Shown here: positions 63,472-64,000 of the stretch, in pieces
Numbering within the stretch: the first letter of the stretch is position 1
How the letters are laid out: each line of letters starts with the position of its first letter
Assembly (NCBI RefSeq): GCF_006345805.1
Contig: NC_043003.1
Span: 2,976,001-3,040,000 of the forward strand
Source: Octopus sinensis
Taxonomy: Eukaryota
Length of the DNA: 64,000 bases
Direction: 5' to 3'
Notes under the pieces: generated by a model
The model's database searches: none
Told to the model about the DNA's origin: nothing
The model's input: the letters and a program-made list of their open reading frames with translations, nothing else
Program-made: the position numbers and the translations under genes

Positions 63472-64000
63472 TTTCATAACATTGTTATAATTTTGATATT
63501 TTGATAATTATCCTTAAGGCAGTGAGCTGGCAGAAATGTTAGCACGCTGGGCGAAATGCTTTGCGGCATTTCATCTGTCTTTACATTCTGAGTTCAAATT
63601 TTGCCGAGGTCAACTTTGCCTTTCAATAAAATAAGTACCAGTTGCATACTGGGGTTGATGTAATTGACTTAATCCCTCCCCCGAAATTGTCTTATGTCAA
63701 AATTTCAAACTATTATTTGATAATTACTTATTGAAAGTTTAAAGTATGCAATCCATATTTGACTTCTAATTTTCTGAATTTGTTGCTTATTATAACTTTT
63801 GTTATGAACTAAATACAAAAAAAAAAAGAAGCAAATTGTTATAAACTGAATTTTAAAAAAAACTGTTAAATTAGATTTTTGCCTATTTGTACTATTTTGA
63901 ATGCATTAGATCAACATGTAGCTATATTCCATGTTTACATTAAATTATAAAATGGTGAATTAAATTTTCGGATATTTTTGTGTCAATATATTTAGATATT

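Overview
Eukaryotic, AT-rich, repeat-dense genomic DNA. The repeat families (tRNA-headed SINEs, (GAT)n-tailed RTE LINE ends, huge (AT)n/(GT)n tracts) look like an octopus (coleoid cephalopod) genome; this is inferred from repeat recognition only. The window holds most of one + strand gene, a cytosolic-type acetyl-CoA synthetase (ACSS2-like). I reconstructed 14 in-frame coding exons from 5761 to the stop at 61789, about 554 aa; the N-terminal ~150 aa was not found in the window. Main discovery 1: one 73-nt exon is present twice (15832-15904 and 27486-27558). The two copies have identical phases and only 10/24 identical residues, and including both or neither creates a premature stop. This fits a mutually exclusive exon pair sitting in ~40 kb of giant introns. 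Main discovery 2: the introns carry several minimal type-I hammerhead-ribozyme motifs of the kind known from Penelope-like elements, repeatedly embedded in long fold-back inverted repeats next to (AT)n tracts. One is a zero-loop palindrome with a hammerhead on each strand, located between the two alternative exons. Also present: RTE, CR1, R4/Dong and mariner fragments, piggyBac/hAT/Tc-mariner MITEs, a dimeric SINE, retroelement-derived minisatellites, and candidate A-to-I recoding sites. All coordinates were read by hand; repeat boundaries are approximate.
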